In this document: positions 10,191 through 20,289 of the stretch, in pieces
Numbering within the stretch: the stretch's first letter is position 1
Layout: each line of letters starts with the position of its first letter
NCBI GenBank assembly: GCA_047947115.1
Contig: CP170459.1
Span: forward strand, 3,136,001 to 3,200,000
DNA from: Verrucomicrobiota bacterium
GTDB taxonomy: Bacteria; Verrucomicrobiota; Verrucomicrobiia; Limisphaerales; AAA164-E04
Direction of reading: 5' to 3'
DNA: 64,000 bases
Program-made: the position numbers and the translations under genes
Notes under the pieces: model-generated
What the model saw: the letters and a program-made list of their open reading frames with translations, nothing else
What the model was told of the DNA's origin: nothing
The model's database searches: none

Positions 10191-11597
10191 ATGATATCCA
10201 CACATACATTGAATCGTTGGTTCCTGTTGCTTGCCTCTGTGATGTTGCTTCCTTCAGCTTCCCTTGTTGCTGAGGTGCGCTTACCGAATGTTTTGGGCAA
10301 TCACATGGTGCTTCAACAGCAGTCAGATGTTCGACTGTGGGGCTGGGTGACTTCTGCTGAAAAAATCGAAATCACCACCGAATGGGATGCCGTCCCTCAT
10401 GAAATCACTGCTGACAGTGGGGGTAGATGGGAAACCATCGTTCGGACACCTGAAGCGGGTGGTCCCTATCGCATACGCATCAAAGGGGCCAATGAGATTG
10501 TTTTGGAGGATGTGATGATCGGAGAGGTCTGGGTTTGCAGCGGACAGAGCAACATGGAATGGAGTGGCAACCAGCGCTTGCCTCAGTCTCTGGAGGAAGC
10601 GCCGCATGCAAATCATCCCGGAATTCGATTGTTTTACATTCCCAAAACAACGTCTGATACACCTCAGGATCAATGCGAAGGAGAGTGGAAAGTCTGTTCG
10701 CCCGAGGAAATGGTGAAATTCAGTGCTGTCGGTTATTTCTTCGGCAAAAAACTCCATCAGGACCTTGGCGTCCCCATCGGGTTGATCAACAGCAATTGGG
10801 GCGGCACGCCGGCCGAGGTGTGGACTCCGAAGGATGTTGTTGAAGATGATCCCATGCTGAAAGAGGCAGCAGGGAAACTGCAGCCCTTTCCATGGTGGCC
10901 AAAAGATCCGGGAAAATGTTACAACGCCATGATTTATCCCATCACCCGATTTGAGATTGCCGGAGCCATCTGGTATCAGGGCGAGAGCAACGTGAGCACG
11001 GCTTACGGTTACGAAAAACTGTTCACGAACATGATCGGCTCCTGGCGCGAGGCTTGGGATAAGGATTTCCCATTCTATTATGTTCAAATTGCTCCCTACA
11101 CCTATGGGGATAATCTGAACGGTGCCTTATTGCGTGAGGCACAAACCCGCAGCGCTTCATATCCCAACACCGGCATGGTGGTGGTTTCCGATCTGGTGGA
11201 TGATGTGAAGGATATTCATCCGAAGAACAAAATCGGTGTGGCGGAGAGACTGGCCAATTATGCCTTGGTACAGACATATGGCAAAGACGGTATGGCTTAT
11301 CGAAGTCCGACCTATGATCTTATGGAGATTGAGGGTAACGCTGTTCGTGTGCATTTTAACCACGCGCAAACCGGATTGGTGGCCCGTGGGGGAGAGCCTG
11401 CCGAGTTTTTTATTGCGGGGAACGACAAGAAATTTGTTCCGGCAAACGCGGTCATTGACGGCTCCTCGGTGGTGGTTCGTAGTGAGGCGGTAAGCGATCC
11501 AGTAGCCGTGCGGTTTGGTTTTTCCAATGAGGCCATATCCAATTTGTTTTCCAAAGAAGGTTTGCCGGTCAATTTGTTCCGGACAGATGACTGGTAA
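10191..11597 (+). CDS. Sialate O-acetylesterase (SASA/DUF303) family, exported
   Basis: Signal peptide; GEVWVCSGQSNMEW, WGGTPAE, IWYQGESN, DIHPKNK. Confidence 0.92.
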   Translation: MISTHTLNRWFLLLASVMLLPSASLVAEVRLPNVLGNHMVLQQQSDVRLWGWVTSAEKIEITTEWDAVPHEITADSGGRWETIVRTPEAGGPYRIRIKGANEIVLEDVMIGEVWVCSGQSNMEWSGNQRLPQSLEEAPHANHPGIRLFYIPKTTSDTPQDQCEGEWKVCSPEEMVKFSAVGYFFGKKLHQDLGVPIGLINSNWGGTPAEVWTPKDVVEDDPMLKEAAGKLQPFPWWPKDPGKCYNAMIYPITRFEIAGAIWYQGESNVSTAYGYEKLFTNMIGSWREAWDKDFPFYYVQIAPYTYGDNLNGALLREAQTRSASYPNTGMVVVSDLVDDVKDIHPKNKIGVAERLANYALVQTYGKDGMAYRSPTYDLMEIEGNAVRVHFNHAQTGLVARGGEPAEFFIAGNDKKFVPANAVIDGSSVVVRSEAVSDPVAVRFGFSNEAISNLFSKEGLPVNLFRTDDW

Positions 11598-11704
11598 TCC
11601 GCATTCCGTGAAATCCGTAGTCCGGTCTTGATGCCTTGTGTGTGTTGGACTATGGTCCGGGGCTTGCCACTGAGTGGCATTGAACCTTGTGACCCAATAA
11701 CCTT

Positions 11705-12955
11705 ATGTCAGAAGAATCCTATATTCAGAATCTTTTTGCGGAACGCATCGGCGGAAACCAATACGGCAAGACAACTGCCATCTACAAATTTGAAAAAATC
11801 AAACGCGCCAAACAAGCCGCTTTAGCGGCGAATCCCGGTGCCGAGATCATTGACATGGGAGTGGGGGAGCCTGATGAAATGGCTTTCCCTGAGGTCATCT
11901 CCGTGTTGCACGAAGAAGCTCAGAAGCCTTCGAACCGTGGTTATGCGGACAATGGCGATGCCGTCATGAAGGAGGCTGCTGCTCGTTACTTGGATAAAGT
12001 ATGTGGTGCTTCCGGTATTGATCCGAAAACCGAAGTCTTGCATTCCATTGGAAGCAAAGCGGCCCTTTCGATCCTTCCTGCCGCTTTCATCAATCCCGGC
12101 GATTATGTGCTGATGACTACTCCCGGGTATCCGGTATTTGGCACGCATGCGAAATACTACGGCGGTCTGGTTCACAATTTACCCATAACCAAGGAAAATA
12201 ACTTTTTACCCGATTTGGGCAGTGTCCCGGCTGATGTGTTGGAAAAAGCCAAAGTGCTGGTGATCAACTATCCAAACAATCCAACCGGTGCCAGCGCGAC
12301 CAGGGATTTTTTTGCGGAAGTCGTGGCGTTTGCCAAGAAAAACAATATCATTGTGGTCCACGACGCAGCCTATGGCGCACTGGTTTTTGACGGGGCTCCG
12401 CTGAGTTTTCTATCTGTCGAGGGATCCAAAGATGTCGGAATCGAACTGCACTCCACGAGCAAAGCTTTCAACATGACCGGTTGGCGTTGTGGCTTTGTGG
12501 CTGGAAATGAACTGTTGGTGAAAGCTTACGGTGATGTGAAGGACAACACCGATTCCGGTCAGTTCCTCGCCATTCAGCATGCTTCTGCCTATTGCTGGGA
12601 TCACCCGGAAATTACGGAAAAAATCGCAGCCAAATACAGCCGCCGCATGGACGGGCTCGTGGAGGTTTTGCGAGGGGCTGGGCTGGACGCCATCAAGCCC
12701 GGCGGTTCTTTCTTCCTGTATCTGCCTTGCCCGAAGGCTGCGGTTGCCGCTGATGGAAATCGCATTTCGTTTGAGAACGCGGAGGCCGCTTCCCAGTGGT
12801 TGATTCGTGAAAAATTGATCTCAACCGTACCTTGGGACGATGCCGGCGCTTTCCTTCGCTTCAGTGTGACCTTCGCAGCCCCAAGCATCGAAGAAGAACA
12901 ACGCGTGCTCAACGAAATCAAAACCCGCTTGAGCGACGTGACCTTTGAGTTCTGA
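11705..12955 (+). CDS. dapL: LL-diaminopimelate aminotransferase (PLP class I/II)
   Basis: DMGVGEPD, NYPNNPTG, HDAAY, HSTSKAFNMTGWR (PLP Lys), KDNTDSGQF. Confidence 0.8.
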   Translation: MSEESYIQNLFAERIGGNQYGKTTAIYKFEKIKRAKQAALAANPGAEIIDMGVGEPDEMAFPEVISVLHEEAQKPSNRGYADNGDAVMKEAAARYLDKVCGASGIDPKTEVLHSIGSKAALSILPAAFINPGDYVLMTTPGYPVFGTHAKYYGGLVHNLPITKENNFLPDLGSVPADVLEKAKVLVINYPNNPTGASATRDFFAEVVAFAKKNNIIVVHDAAYGALVFDGAPLSFLSVEGSKDVGIELHSTSKAFNMTGWRCGFVAGNELLVKAYGDVKDNTDSGQFLAIQHASAYCWDHPEITEKIAAKYSRRMDGLVEVLRGAGLDAIKPGGSFFLYLPCPKAAVAADGNRISFENAEAASQWLIREKLISTVPWDDAGAFLRFSVTFAAPSIEEEQRVLNEIKTRLSDVTFEF

Positions 12956-12988
12956 CCGGAGTTCGATTCAAATTTTCAATCACGATTC

Positions 12989-13028
12989 AGCAGGTGGAAA
13001 AATGAATTTTTCACCTGCTTTCTTTTTG
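12989..13028 (+). terminator. Intrinsic terminator after dapL, possibly bidirectional
   Basis: Stem agcaggtggaaaa / tttttcacctgct followed by ttcttttt, between convergent genes. Confidence 0.7.
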
Positions 13029-13196
13029 CTCCATATCGGAGGATTTTAGAGCTTGGATGTGATTCGGTAGCTTTTCATGCACATCAGGCTCCAAATGGGT
13101 GTTGTCTGACTCCGTTTTTTTCTTTCTGTCCTTGATCCTGAAGTAGAACTGACGCATGTCATCCAGTTCCTTCAAAGTTCGCTCAATCCTGGTCAT
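13011..13196 (-). CDS. Small charged hypothetical protein (~61 aa), possible partner of the upstream nucleotidyltransferase
   Basis: ATG at 13196 overlaps the 3' end of the upstream gene; ORF ends inside the terminator stem. Confidence 0.45.
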   Translation of the reverse strand: MTRIERTLKELDDMRQFYFRIKDRKKKTESDNTHLEPDVHEKLPNHIQALKSSDMEQKESR

Positions 13197-13653
13197 GTGA
13201 TTTCCTGAGGTTTTCGATATCAACGAGATCCTGGGGGGAGCTGCGCAACTGTTTCATCCAAATCAAATCTTCACGTCTTGCTAAACGAACGTTTCCAGCC
13301 GGAGATTCATCGATGATACTTTGTTCTATGACTTTCATGTGTGATGGTTCGTTTCCTATAAGCAAGTCTACCACCAATAGTTCTTCCCTGGACTCCTGAC
13401 TACGTTTTCCATAGCGATGCAAGGTAATGTTTGTGTTTTCGAAAGTCCAAGGACTTCCCAAGGAGATATATCCAAGCTCAGTAAAAATCTGACCATATTT
13501 TTCGATATCTTCTTTTACTCCCAGAATGTCAATATCACGCGTGAATCTGGGAAGGGAATGGAAGGCAAGAGCGATTCCACCCACCACGGAATATGAGGCT
13601 TCTTGCTCATTTAATTTACGGATCAGGTGGAAAAATTCTTTATAGAGCTCCAT
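13183..13653 (-). CDS. Minimal nucleotidyltransferase-fold protein (DUF6036/AbiEii-like)
   Basis: VVGGIALAFH..PRFTRDIDI (GG...DxD) and C-terminal LIWMK...PQDLVDIENL. Confidence 0.8.
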   Translation of the reverse strand: MELYKEFFHLIRKLNEQEASYSVVGGIALAFHSLPRFTRDIDILGVKEDIEKYGQIFTELGYISLGSPWTFENTNITLHRYGKRSQESREELLVVDLLIGNEPSHMKVIEQSIIDESPAGNVRLARREDLIWMKQLRSSPQDLVDIENLRKSHDQD

Positions 13654-13721
13654 GATCTAAGTTGACGTAGCTTATTCTACTCGATTTTGAATACTCAAGG
13701 ATTATCCTGTGGATTCTAGAG

Positions 13722-14498
13722 CTAGAGTCCGTTCAGGTCCCAGTCATATTCTGTCCACTTGATTGAGAAGTGGCGCGCTTCTGGTGGAATCAGTTTAGGA
13801 AACGAGGTGGTGAGGTATTCATTGATCGAGTCCGCATTCAATTCAAAATCGTCTTTGTACCAATCGAATATCGGGGACAGGTGAAGCGTGCGGGTCTCCC
13901 TGTTAACCCGGTTTTTTGAAGTGTTGGACAGGAATGTTCTACCCTGATCGCGGAGTTGTTTGATCAACTGGTCGCCGGTATAGGCCTCTGTTCTTAGAGG
14001 CGGGCAACCTTTGGCTGCACATACAAGCGCGAAATGAATTTCCGGATGGGATTTGGCCCGTGGTCGGATCAACTCGTGCTCGATGTGATTCAACGAGACT
14101 TGACCGCCCCACAACGATACGAACTTTCTGCGCCAGGCGGCATGGGGGAGGAAGCCGATGTCTTTGATGCTTTTGACCGGGTATTCATCAAGAACCAGCC
14201 GGATGGTGGCGGCGTTGTAGAGATTGATGAGGCACGCCAGTTGATCTTCGTTTTTCCAGCTCTCAAAGTCGTTTGATGTAAGTTCGGCGATGGAGGTAAG
14301 GTAGCTGTCCAACAGTGTGCTGTTTTGTTTGAGGGTTTTGTAGTCTACATTGGCGTCATTCGAATGTGTCTTCAGGACGATCGTCCATTTGGAATGGGTC
14401 ATGTCGAAAGCCCTCACAGAACTGAGGATCTCACACGCTCCCAAGAAGATCAGGAGGTAATTGATCCATGATGAGCGTGATGTCAGGTTGTTGGTCAT
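13722..14498 (-). CDS. DUF547 domain protein, exported
   Basis: VDYKTLK, LINLYNA, SLNHIEH, IHFALVCAAKGCPPL, LSPIFDWY, YDWDLN. Confidence 0.9.
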   Translation of the reverse strand: MTNNLTSRSSWINYLLIFLGACEILSSVRAFDMTHSKWTIVLKTHSNDANVDYKTLKQNSTLLDSYLTSIAELTSNDFESWKNEDQLACLINLYNAATIRLVLDEYPVKSIKDIGFLPHAAWRRKFVSLWGGQVSLNHIEHELIRPRAKSHPEIHFALVCAAKGCPPLRTEAYTGDQLIKQLRDQGRTFLSNTSKNRVNRETRTLHLSPIFDWYKDDFELNADSINEYLTTSFPKLIPPEARHFSIKWTEYDWDLNGL

Positions 14499-14605
14499 TT
14501 TTGGTTTGTTTCTTTCCAAATGGGAAGGCTGAGCATTCAATTTCTTTCGGAACTTGAAAAGACTTTTCCTTGCAGGGCGCTCTGGTCTCGCTGCATGCTT
14601 GTCTC

Positions 14606-16000
14606 ATGCACGTTCAATTTATCGGAGCCACCCGTACTACGACGGGTTCGATGTACCTCATCCAGGTCAATGGCCAGAAGATCCTGCTTGAATGTGGGCT
14701 TTACCAAGGTCGACGCGATGAAACCATCGAGCGAAATCGCACTTTTCCGTTTGATCCGTCTGAAATTGATGCAGCGGTGTTGAGTCATGCTCACATCGAT
14801 CATTGTGGAAATTTTCCCAATTTATGCCGACAGGGTTTTCAGGGGAATATCTACTGCACATTTGCCACGCGCGATCTGGCCGCCATCATGCTGGCGGATT
14901 CGGCTCATATCCAGCAGTACGACGCTGAATATGTTTCGCGCAAACGTGCCAAGAAAGGCCAGGGTCCAGTTGAACCGCTCTACACGGCCAAGGATGCGGA
15001 ACAGGCGGTGTCGCAGTTTGTTGCCATCAATTATGATCGAAGCATGATGATCGCCAAAGGCGTGAAGGTGACATTTAAAGACGCCGGACACATTCTGGGA
15101 TCCGCTCAGGTGGTGTTGGATGTGGAGGAGAATGGGCGTCGGTTCCGTTATTTGTTCAGTGGTGATGTGGGACGGGGCGGGCACGAAATTCTTCGCGATC
15201 CTCAGGCGGTTGATGGAGTGGATTTTCTTCAGATTGAAAGCACCTACGGTGGGCGTGATCATTCAGACCGTGTTCACGCCAAGGAAGAAGTGGGGAAATT
15301 GGTCAATGATACGTTGAATCAAAAAGGAAAGGTCATCATTCCCGCATTTTCTGTGGGGAGAACGCAACTCATTGTATACACCCTGCATCAACTGACCTTG
15401 AACGGGACCATCCCCAAGATTCCCATATTTGTGGACAGTCCGCTGAGTGTCAATGCAACGGAGGTTTTTCGACTTCATCCGGAGTGTTATAACGAAAAAA
15501 TTTACCGATTTCTCCACGATGAAGCCAATCCGTTTGGTATGGAAAACCTGACGTATATCCGCCATGTCGAACATTCAAAAAAGCTCAACGAACTGCGGGA
15601 ACCTGCCATCATCATCAGCGCATCTGGCATGTGTGAAGCCGGACGCATTCGACATCATTTGAAAAACAATATTGGTAATGCTCGTAATTTGGTTTTGTTC
15701 GTCGGGTATTGTGCGCAAAACACACTGGGTTCCAAGATTTGTAATAACATGAATCCTGTGAACATCTTTGGTGAGCCGGTCGAAGTGCGTGCCAAGGTGG
15801 CGCGGGTGGATGCTTTTTCCGGGCATGCCGATCGTCAGGAATTGATTCAGTACGTCAAGAATCTGACCGGTCGTCTTGCCAAGGTGACCGTGGTACATGG
15901 CGAGGAGGAACAGTCTCTTCAGTTTTCACAAACACTCAAAGAGATATTGCCCGGGGCTTCCGTGACGGTACCGGAACGGCTTGAGACGATAGAATTTTGA
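14606..16000 (+). CDS. MBL-fold beta-CASP metallo-hydrolase (putative RNase)
   Basis: SHAHIDHCG, AGHILGSA, FSGDVG, ESTYG, FSGHAD, VVHGE. Confidence 0.92.
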   Translation: MHVQFIGATRTTTGSMYLIQVNGQKILLECGLYQGRRDETIERNRTFPFDPSEIDAAVLSHAHIDHCGNFPNLCRQGFQGNIYCTFATRDLAAIMLADSAHIQQYDAEYVSRKRAKKGQGPVEPLYTAKDAEQAVSQFVAINYDRSMMIAKGVKVTFKDAGHILGSAQVVLDVEENGRRFRYLFSGDVGRGGHEILRDPQAVDGVDFLQIESTYGGRDHSDRVHAKEEVGKLVNDTLNQKGKVIIPAFSVGRTQLIVYTLHQLTLNGTIPKIPIFVDSPLSVNATEVFRLHPECYNEKIYRFLHDEANPFGMENLTYIRHVEHSKKLNELREPAIIISASGMCEAGRIRHHLKNNIGNARNLVLFVGYCAQNTLGSKICNNMNPVNIFGEPVEVRAKVARVDAFSGHADRQELIQYVKNLTGRLAKVTVVHGEEEQSLQFSQTLKEILPGASVTVPERLETIEF

Positions 16001-16032
16001 TCATCCTTATTGATTCCCTTTTCACAGAACCC

Positions 16033-16926
16033 ATGAAACTACGTGCGATAAGCTTGTTATGCGGCTTTTGGGCCGTTTTGAGTGCCCTTGCAGCAGATCC
16101 AATGGTGCTTCCTGTATGGCCGAATGATCCGCCGGATGACACCATGGAATTGCCTCCCGAGAAGGACATGACCACCGAAGACTCCGGTAAAGTGGAAGGC
16201 AAACGAGTTGCAAGAATCACCAATGTGTCCAATCCAACCATCACTGTCTACAGGCCTCAAAAAGAATTGGATACAGGGGCATCGGTGGTGATTTGTCCGG
16301 GAGGGGGGCATCGCATTCTTGCCTGGGATCTGGAAGGGACCGAGGTGGCTGACTGGCTGAATTCGATAGGGGTGACCGGGATTATTCTCAAGTATCGTGT
16401 GCCAGCCAGGCACAAAGAACCCCTTTGGCGTTCTGCTGTTCAAGATGCCCAGCGCGCGGTAAGGTTGGTCAGAAGTCGTGCGAGTGAATGGCAGTTGGAT
16501 CCTGATCGTGTCGGCATTCTTGGTTTTTCGGCGGGCGGTCAGACAGCAGCCATGACCTCCATTCTTCACGAAGGAAATCATTACCAACCCATTGATGCGA
16601 TTGATGACCTGCCTTCGCGTCCCGATTTTGCCGTCCTGGTTTATCCAGCCTGGCTGGTGGACGAAGAAAGGCGGCTGTTAAAGCCTGAAGTCCGAGTGAC
16701 TGAATCCACTCCGCCCATGTTTTTTGCGCATGCCATGGATGATCCGATCACAGTAGATAACAGTATTTTACTCGGGAGGGCGTTGAAAGATGTTGGAGTT
16801 CACTCAGAGATCCATCTGTATGATGGGGGAGGGCATGGATTTGGCTTACGTGAATCTCGTTTCCCATGCTCCACTTGGCCTGTCTCTTGTGAACGCTGGA
16901 TGCGTATTCGCGGTATTCTTCCCTGA
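16033..16926 (+). CDS. Exported alpha/beta hydrolase (acetyl-xylan-esterase-like)
   Basis: ICPGGG oxyanion motif, GFSAGG nucleophile elbow, HAMDD, GGHGFG. Confidence 0.9.
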   Translation: MKLRAISLLCGFWAVLSALAADPMVLPVWPNDPPDDTMELPPEKDMTTEDSGKVEGKRVARITNVSNPTITVYRPQKELDTGASVVICPGGGHRILAWDLEGTEVADWLNSIGVTGIILKYRVPARHKEPLWRSAVQDAQRAVRLVRSRASEWQLDPDRVGILGFSAGGQTAAMTSILHEGNHYQPIDAIDDLPSRPDFAVLVYPAWLVDEERRLLKPEVRVTESTPPMFFAHAMDDPITVDNSILLGRALKDVGVHSEIHLYDGGGHGFGLRESRFPCSTWPVSCERWMRIRGILP

Positions 16927-17017
16927 TATTTGGAAAAGATTGCTCTGAAAGGCGGTTTTACATTGCGGGCGGCTTCCAGCAGGAGTAGCTTACGGAGTGT
17001 AACCCCTTTCAAGCACT

Positions 17018-19092
17018 ATGTATTTCGGAGTCGATTATCATCCGGAGCATTGGGTCTTCCCGTATGCTGGAACCAAGGACAATCCCGAAGCACGATGGGA
17101 GGAGGATGCCCGCTTGATGGCGGAGGCGGGTGTGAATGTGATTCGGTTCGGCGAATACGTCTGGGGCATCTGTGAGCGCGAGGAAGGGAAGTTTGAGTTT
17201 GATTGGATGCTTCGACTCATGGACGTCATGAAGAAGCATGGGATTAAAGTAGTACCTGTACCCCTACCGCAGCTCCACCTATTTGGCTGACTCGCAAACA
17301 TCCGGAAGTTCTGCCCGTCGATGAGAATGGGCTTCCTCATCATGAAGGCACACGCCACGCAGCCTGTTTGAACAGCGGGGTATTCTGGGATTACAGTAAG
17401 CGCATCGTCACCGAACTTGCCAAAGCAACCGGCGGTCATGAGCAATTGGTTGCCTGGCAGATCGATTCGGGTGTGGGGGGGCATACCACCGAGTTTTCAT
17501 TCAACGAGGAAACCCGAAATGACTGGCATGCCTGGTTGCAGGCCAAATATGAGACTGTTGAAAATCTCAACGACTGCATGGGAGGGCGTTTTTGGGGACA
17601 ACTGGTCAATGATTTCTCGGAAGTTCCCATGCCTCAGCGCGCCCCGACAGTTCACAACCCTGCTTTGGTGCTGGATTGGATGCGGTTTTCCAGTGACACC
17701 ATTGTCGCTTACATCAAAATGCAGGCGGATCTGCTCAAAGAACTGACTCCTGGCAAACCGGTAACCACCATGATGCGTGCTTTGTCACGGCATTATGATC
17801 ATTTTGATGTCGCGGAGACACTTGATTTCAGCTCTCTGGACAGTTACGCCACCATTAAATCCAAACCCGCGGAAAATGCCATGGAAGTGGATATCCTTCG
17901 CTCGTTGAAGAAGGAAAATTGTTTGTTGCCCGATGGAAGCCACAAGGGCTTCTGGGTGATGGAACAAAAGGCGGGTAATGTGAACTGGCAAAAGGTCAAT
18001 TCGCTCGTTCGGCCCGGGGTGGTGCGTTTGTTCACATATCAATTGATTTCGCGTGGTTGTGACGGGGTCCTGTTCTTTTTCTGGCGTCAGCCACGCATTG
18101 GTTCTGAGAAGTTCTATGGTGGCGTTCTCTCTCATACTGGCAAAGGAGATACGCGGATTTATCGTGAAATCAAGCAGATCGGCGAAGAAATCAAATTGCT
18201 GGATCCGATCATCAAGGGATCCGAAGTCAAGGCTGAGACCTGCATTCTGTACACACATGATAATGCCTGGAGTTTGAAGCAGGGAATGCAGCCCACGCAG
18301 GATTTTGATTTAAGGAATCACATGCTGATGTTTTACAGCGCGTTGCATGATCGTAATATCCCTGTCGAGTTTGCTCGGCCCACTGATGATCTATCCAAAT
18401 ACAAACTGGTCATTGCCCCTTCGTTGCATCAACTCGCCTGGGGAGAAGCCGATCGCCTGAAACTGTATGTGCAAAATGGAGGGACTTTGGTGGGCACGTT
18501 TAATTCGGGTATGGTTGATGAACATCATATTGCCCCGGATGATGGGTTTCCTCTGGGAATGACGGATCTGTTTGGGTTGGAAGTGGTGGAATTTGACCCC
18601 ATACCGAGTGATTCGGAAAATCACCTTCACATGAAGGCGGATTTTCCATCCAGCCACCTTCATCCAGCCAAAGTGTGGTGTGACCTGATCGAACCGCGTG
18701 AATGCAAAGTCATGGCCACGTTTGCCAAAGATTTCTACGCTGGCCGTCCGGCCATGACGATCAATGAGTTCGGACTTGGCAAGGCCATCTATATCGGAAC
18801 CATGAGCCATCTCTATTTCTATCTGGATCTGGTCACATGGCTGCGTCAGGAGTGTCAATTATTCCCGTTGTTGCGTGTGCCGGAAGGAGTAGAAGTCAGT
18901 CTAAGGCAACGTGATGACACCCGGATCTACTTTCTGCTGAATCATCAGAACAATCCTGTCCGACTTCAATTTTACAAACCGGTTCACGACTACCTCACCG
19001 GGAATACGTTTCAGGGGAGCTATGATCTTCCGCCTCATGGTGTTTTGGTGATCGATGAACGCAGTGATAATGGCGAGGGTGGGGTTGCCTGA
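17018..19092 (+). pseudogene. GH42 beta-galactosidase-like gene with a one-base frameshift near 17255 (pseudogene or sequencing error)
   Basis: ORF 17018 (MYFGVDYHPEHW...GIKVV) continues in another frame as CTPTAAPPIWLTRKHPE, which is in frame with ORF 17368-19092 (FWVMEQ, SEKFYGG, trimerisation domain). Confidence 0.85.
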
Positions 19093-19123
19093 GGATGCCG
19101 GTCAAAAATTCTTGAAAATAGTT

Positions 19124-19152
19124 GAAACCTTCCTGATCACTCTGAGGTTTAT
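19124..19152 (+). promoter_or_regulatory. Putative ECF-sigma (autoregulatory) promoter
   Basis: GAAACCT-N16-GTTTAT about 47 nt upstream of the ECF sigma gene, resembling the AAC...GT pattern of ECF promoters. Confidence 0.5.
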
Positions 19153-19198
19153 TCACCATACGATCCGTTCGAGTCAGATAATGGATTGATGGAATAAA

Positions 19199-19828
19199 AT
19201 GGAATCATCGGACCAACAATTTGAGGCATTTGTTTTGGAGCATCAGGATATGGTGTTCGGTTACGCCATGCGGATGTTGAGCAACCGGGCCGAAGCACAG
19301 GACATTGCTCAAGAAACATTTCTTCGTGCCTTTCGACATTTCAGCTCCTTGCGGCAGGAACCTGCGGTTCGGGGATGGTTGAAAACAGTGACACGAAACC
19401 TTTGCTTGAATCACTTGACGCGCTATCGGTCCCGCTGGCGCTTTTTCAGCGATTGGCGCAAAGAAAGAGCAGGTGAGAAAACTCCGGATCCGGTGGAGTC
19501 GATCCCAAGTCCGGTCGATGACAAAAGTGAAGCAGAACGCTCGGATGAACGGGCGCTTCTTGAAAAGCTGTTGGGGCAATTGCCCGAGCAACAGCGCATC
19601 CCCCTCATCCTTTACCATTTTGATGACATGAGTTATGAGGAGATAGCCGGCATGCTCAAGGTATCTCTCGGGAAGGTTAAAACAGACATCCACCGAGCCC
19701 GACACGCTTTGAAGAAGAAAATCTCAAAACATCAGGCAGCTCGGCAGGAGTGGGGTAATGCGGTCGATACGGATGATTTCTCCCCATTACAATGTCAATT
19801 ATACGGAGCAGGAGGAGCCATATCATGA
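19199..19828 (+). CDS. ECF sigma-70 factor (SigW/RpoE-like)
   Basis: AQDIAQETFLRAF, WLKTVTRNLCLN (region 2); MSYEEIAGML..SLGKVKTDIHRAR (region 4). Confidence 0.95.
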   Translation: MESSDQQFEAFVLEHQDMVFGYAMRMLSNRAEAQDIAQETFLRAFRHFSSLRQEPAVRGWLKTVTRNLCLNHLTRYRSRWRFFSDWRKERAGEKTPDPVESIPSPVDDKSEAERSDERALLEKLLGQLPEQQRIPLILYHFDDMSYEEIAGMLKVSLGKVKTDIHRARHALKKKISKHQAARQEWGNAVDTDDFSPLQCQLYGAGGAIS

Positions 19829-20289
19829 GTCGGAAACCAGATTTTGATTCCTTGGAAGATTGGGCCGATCGCAAGCTCAAGCAACTGGGCTCTCCTGCGG
19901 CTCCAAGTGATTTTCTTGCCGGTGTCATGCAGAAAGTGCATGACGATCCCGTCGCTTATGTTGCAGCGGAGAATCCTTCCGCAATGTTGATCTGGCTGCG
20001 ATACGGGGTGGTCATCGCTTCAACATGTCTATTAGTCGCGGTCATGTTGTTCGATGCTTCCTGGGTGGCTCATTGGTGGGATCAATCATGGTTGGCCAAT
20101 GCTTACTCCATCGGATCACATCTGTTTTTGGGGGGGAGGCAGATTGTCGTGAGCTTGGCGGGGATGATACCTGCCTTTGTCTGGGTGGGGATGGGTGTGT
20201 CCATCCTGGCTGCATATGGCATGTTGGCATTGACCGGAGGCTTTTTGGTTCATTTCACACTCAAACGCACAAGAATTCACGCAGCATGA
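19825..20289 (+). CDS. Putative membrane anti-sigma factor
   Basis: ATGA overlap with the sigma gene; short cytoplasmic N-terminus (LKQL...APSDFLAGVMQKV) followed by hydrophobic segments. Confidence 0.65.
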   Translation: MSRKPDFDSLEDWADRKLKQLGSPAAPSDFLAGVMQKVHDDPVAYVAAENPSAMLIWLRYGVVIASTCLLVAVMLFDASWVAHWWDQSWLANAYSIGSHLFLGGRQIVVSLAGMIPAFVWVGMGVSILAAYGMLALTGGFLVHFTLKRTRIHAA

